DNA of 63,647 bases, counting the filler, from Reclinomonas americana ATCC 50394 (lineage: Eukaryota), in NCBI GenBank assembly GCA_048213135.1. It is 18 parts of 18 records of this genome, joined end to end, with 100 filler letters (N's around TTAATTAATTAA, not from the genome) between each part and the next. Parts side by side here need not be neighbours in the genome. Positions count along the whole stretch, not along the records: positions 61,866 to 63,647 come from AFZH01024223.1; 17 more parts are not named here. One strand, written 5' to 3'. Positions 62,603-63,647 of this stretch are shown piece after piece (position 1 is the first letter of the stretch; the number at the start of each line of letters is the position of its first letter). The position numbers and the translations under genes are program-made. A model generated the notes under the pieces. That model ran no database searches. It was not told where the DNA came from and worked only from the letters and a program-made list of their open reading frames with translations.

Positions 62603-63107
62603 AGGTCGATATCGACTTGGTACGTCTTTCCACAACGCGATGTGAGTGGCTTGCAGTCGTCACTTCGTTGGTGGACGTATAGCGACCTCAATGCCGGCTA
62701 CCTATACTCGCCAAGTAGCACGGGAAACGAGATGTGCTTCACTGGTCCATTGCGATCGATGAAAGGATCGATGTCGACATGCATTTTTCCACAACGCGAT
62801 GTGAGTGGCTTGCTATCATCGCTACGATGGCGAATGCATAGCGACAACAATGCCGGTTAACATTGCGCGCCAAGTAGCAAAGGAAACGAGATGTGTTTCA
62901 CTGGTCCATTGCGATCGATGGATGAAAGGGTCGATGTCGACATGCATTTTTCCACAACGCGATGTGAGTGGCTTGCTATCATCGCTACGATGACAAATGC
63001 ATAGCGACAACAATGCCGGTCAGCATTGCGCGCCAAGTACGCAAAGGAAACGACATGTATTTCACTGGTCCATTGCGATCAATGGATGCAGGGGTCGATA
63101 TCGACTT
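62603..63107. repeat. ~160-bp unit x3 between divergent genes
   Basis: CCACAACGCGATGTGAGTGGCTTGC at 62630, 62789 and 62952. Confidence 0.9.
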
Positions 63108-63144
63108 AGTTGGTTGTCTTTTGTGCATCGTGACGAGGAGAGAG

Positions 63145-63383
63145 ATGAGTGGCGAGTTTCCTGCGTTGAAGAACGACTTGTTCCTGCGTGCGTGTCGCGG
63201 AGAGGCCACAGAACGGTGAGTGTCTGAAGTGAGTGAGAAAGTGAGAAAGTGTTGCATTTCTTCTCTCTTATCATGTGTGTGCTTTGTGTGTGTGTGCGTA
63301 GTACTCCGGTGTGGATGATGCGACAGGCGGGGCGGTACTTGCCGGAGTTCCGCGAGGTGCGAGCGGAGGCAAACTTTTTCAAG
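63145..63383 (+). CDS. UROD: Uroporphyrinogen decarboxylase, first two exons
   Basis: [37 protein letters not shown]. Confidence 0.93.
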
Positions 63384-63463
63384 GTTATGTTGCACGACTA
63401 GCAGAGAGAGAAGGAGAGAGAGAGAAAAGGCCACATACACACACACATGCACACAGATGCGTC

Positions 63464-63505
<42 letters not shown>

Positions 63506-63647
63506 TGCATCCGCGCACAGTGGGAGAGAGACGGAGCAAACAACTCACTGAGAATGCAGCTCGTTTCGTCCTTTTTCTTCCCCTTTGTTTCTCCTTCCCT
63601 CTCTCTCTCTCTGTCTCTGTCTCTCTCTCTCTCTCCCTCACTCCTCT

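Overview
This window is a concatenation of 18 contig pieces joined by 17 artificial 100-bp spacers (N44-TTAATTAATTAA-N44). Most of it comes from a GC-rich, microsatellite-rich, gene-dense eukaryote with short introns, probably a flagellated protist. Recognisable spliced host genes include PSMA5, a ClpC-like Hsp100, an LYR protein, SmG, an AFG2/SPATA5-like AAA ATPase, an epoxide hydrolase, PI4K-beta, a CFAP68-like protein, an SLC35 transporter, a macro-domain protein, a RING/TRAF zinc-finger protein, kinesin, TMCO1 and UROD. The main highlights are: (1) an AT-rich, intronless element at 27015->32084, joined directly to a host satellite, which looks like one end of an endogenous virophage/Polinton-like virus and carries a Tlr6F-like gene, zinc-finger and BTB-like genes and a mosaic fibre/tailspike gene; (2) about 4.7 kb of an intronless Gly/Ser/Thr repeat protein with 11/22/28-aa periodicity; (3) an NLR-like NACHT-pentapeptide-14xWD40 gene, plus two stand-alone WD40 genes sharing an unrecognised C-terminal tail; (4) host genome regularities, namely three consecutive head-to-head gene pairs with start codons 72-74 bp apart and recurrent GTTGCG/GTTGAG splice donors. 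One contig (58256-60413) is alphaproteobacterial. All family calls come from motifs recognised by eye; no database search was run, and exon boundaries were inferred manually.
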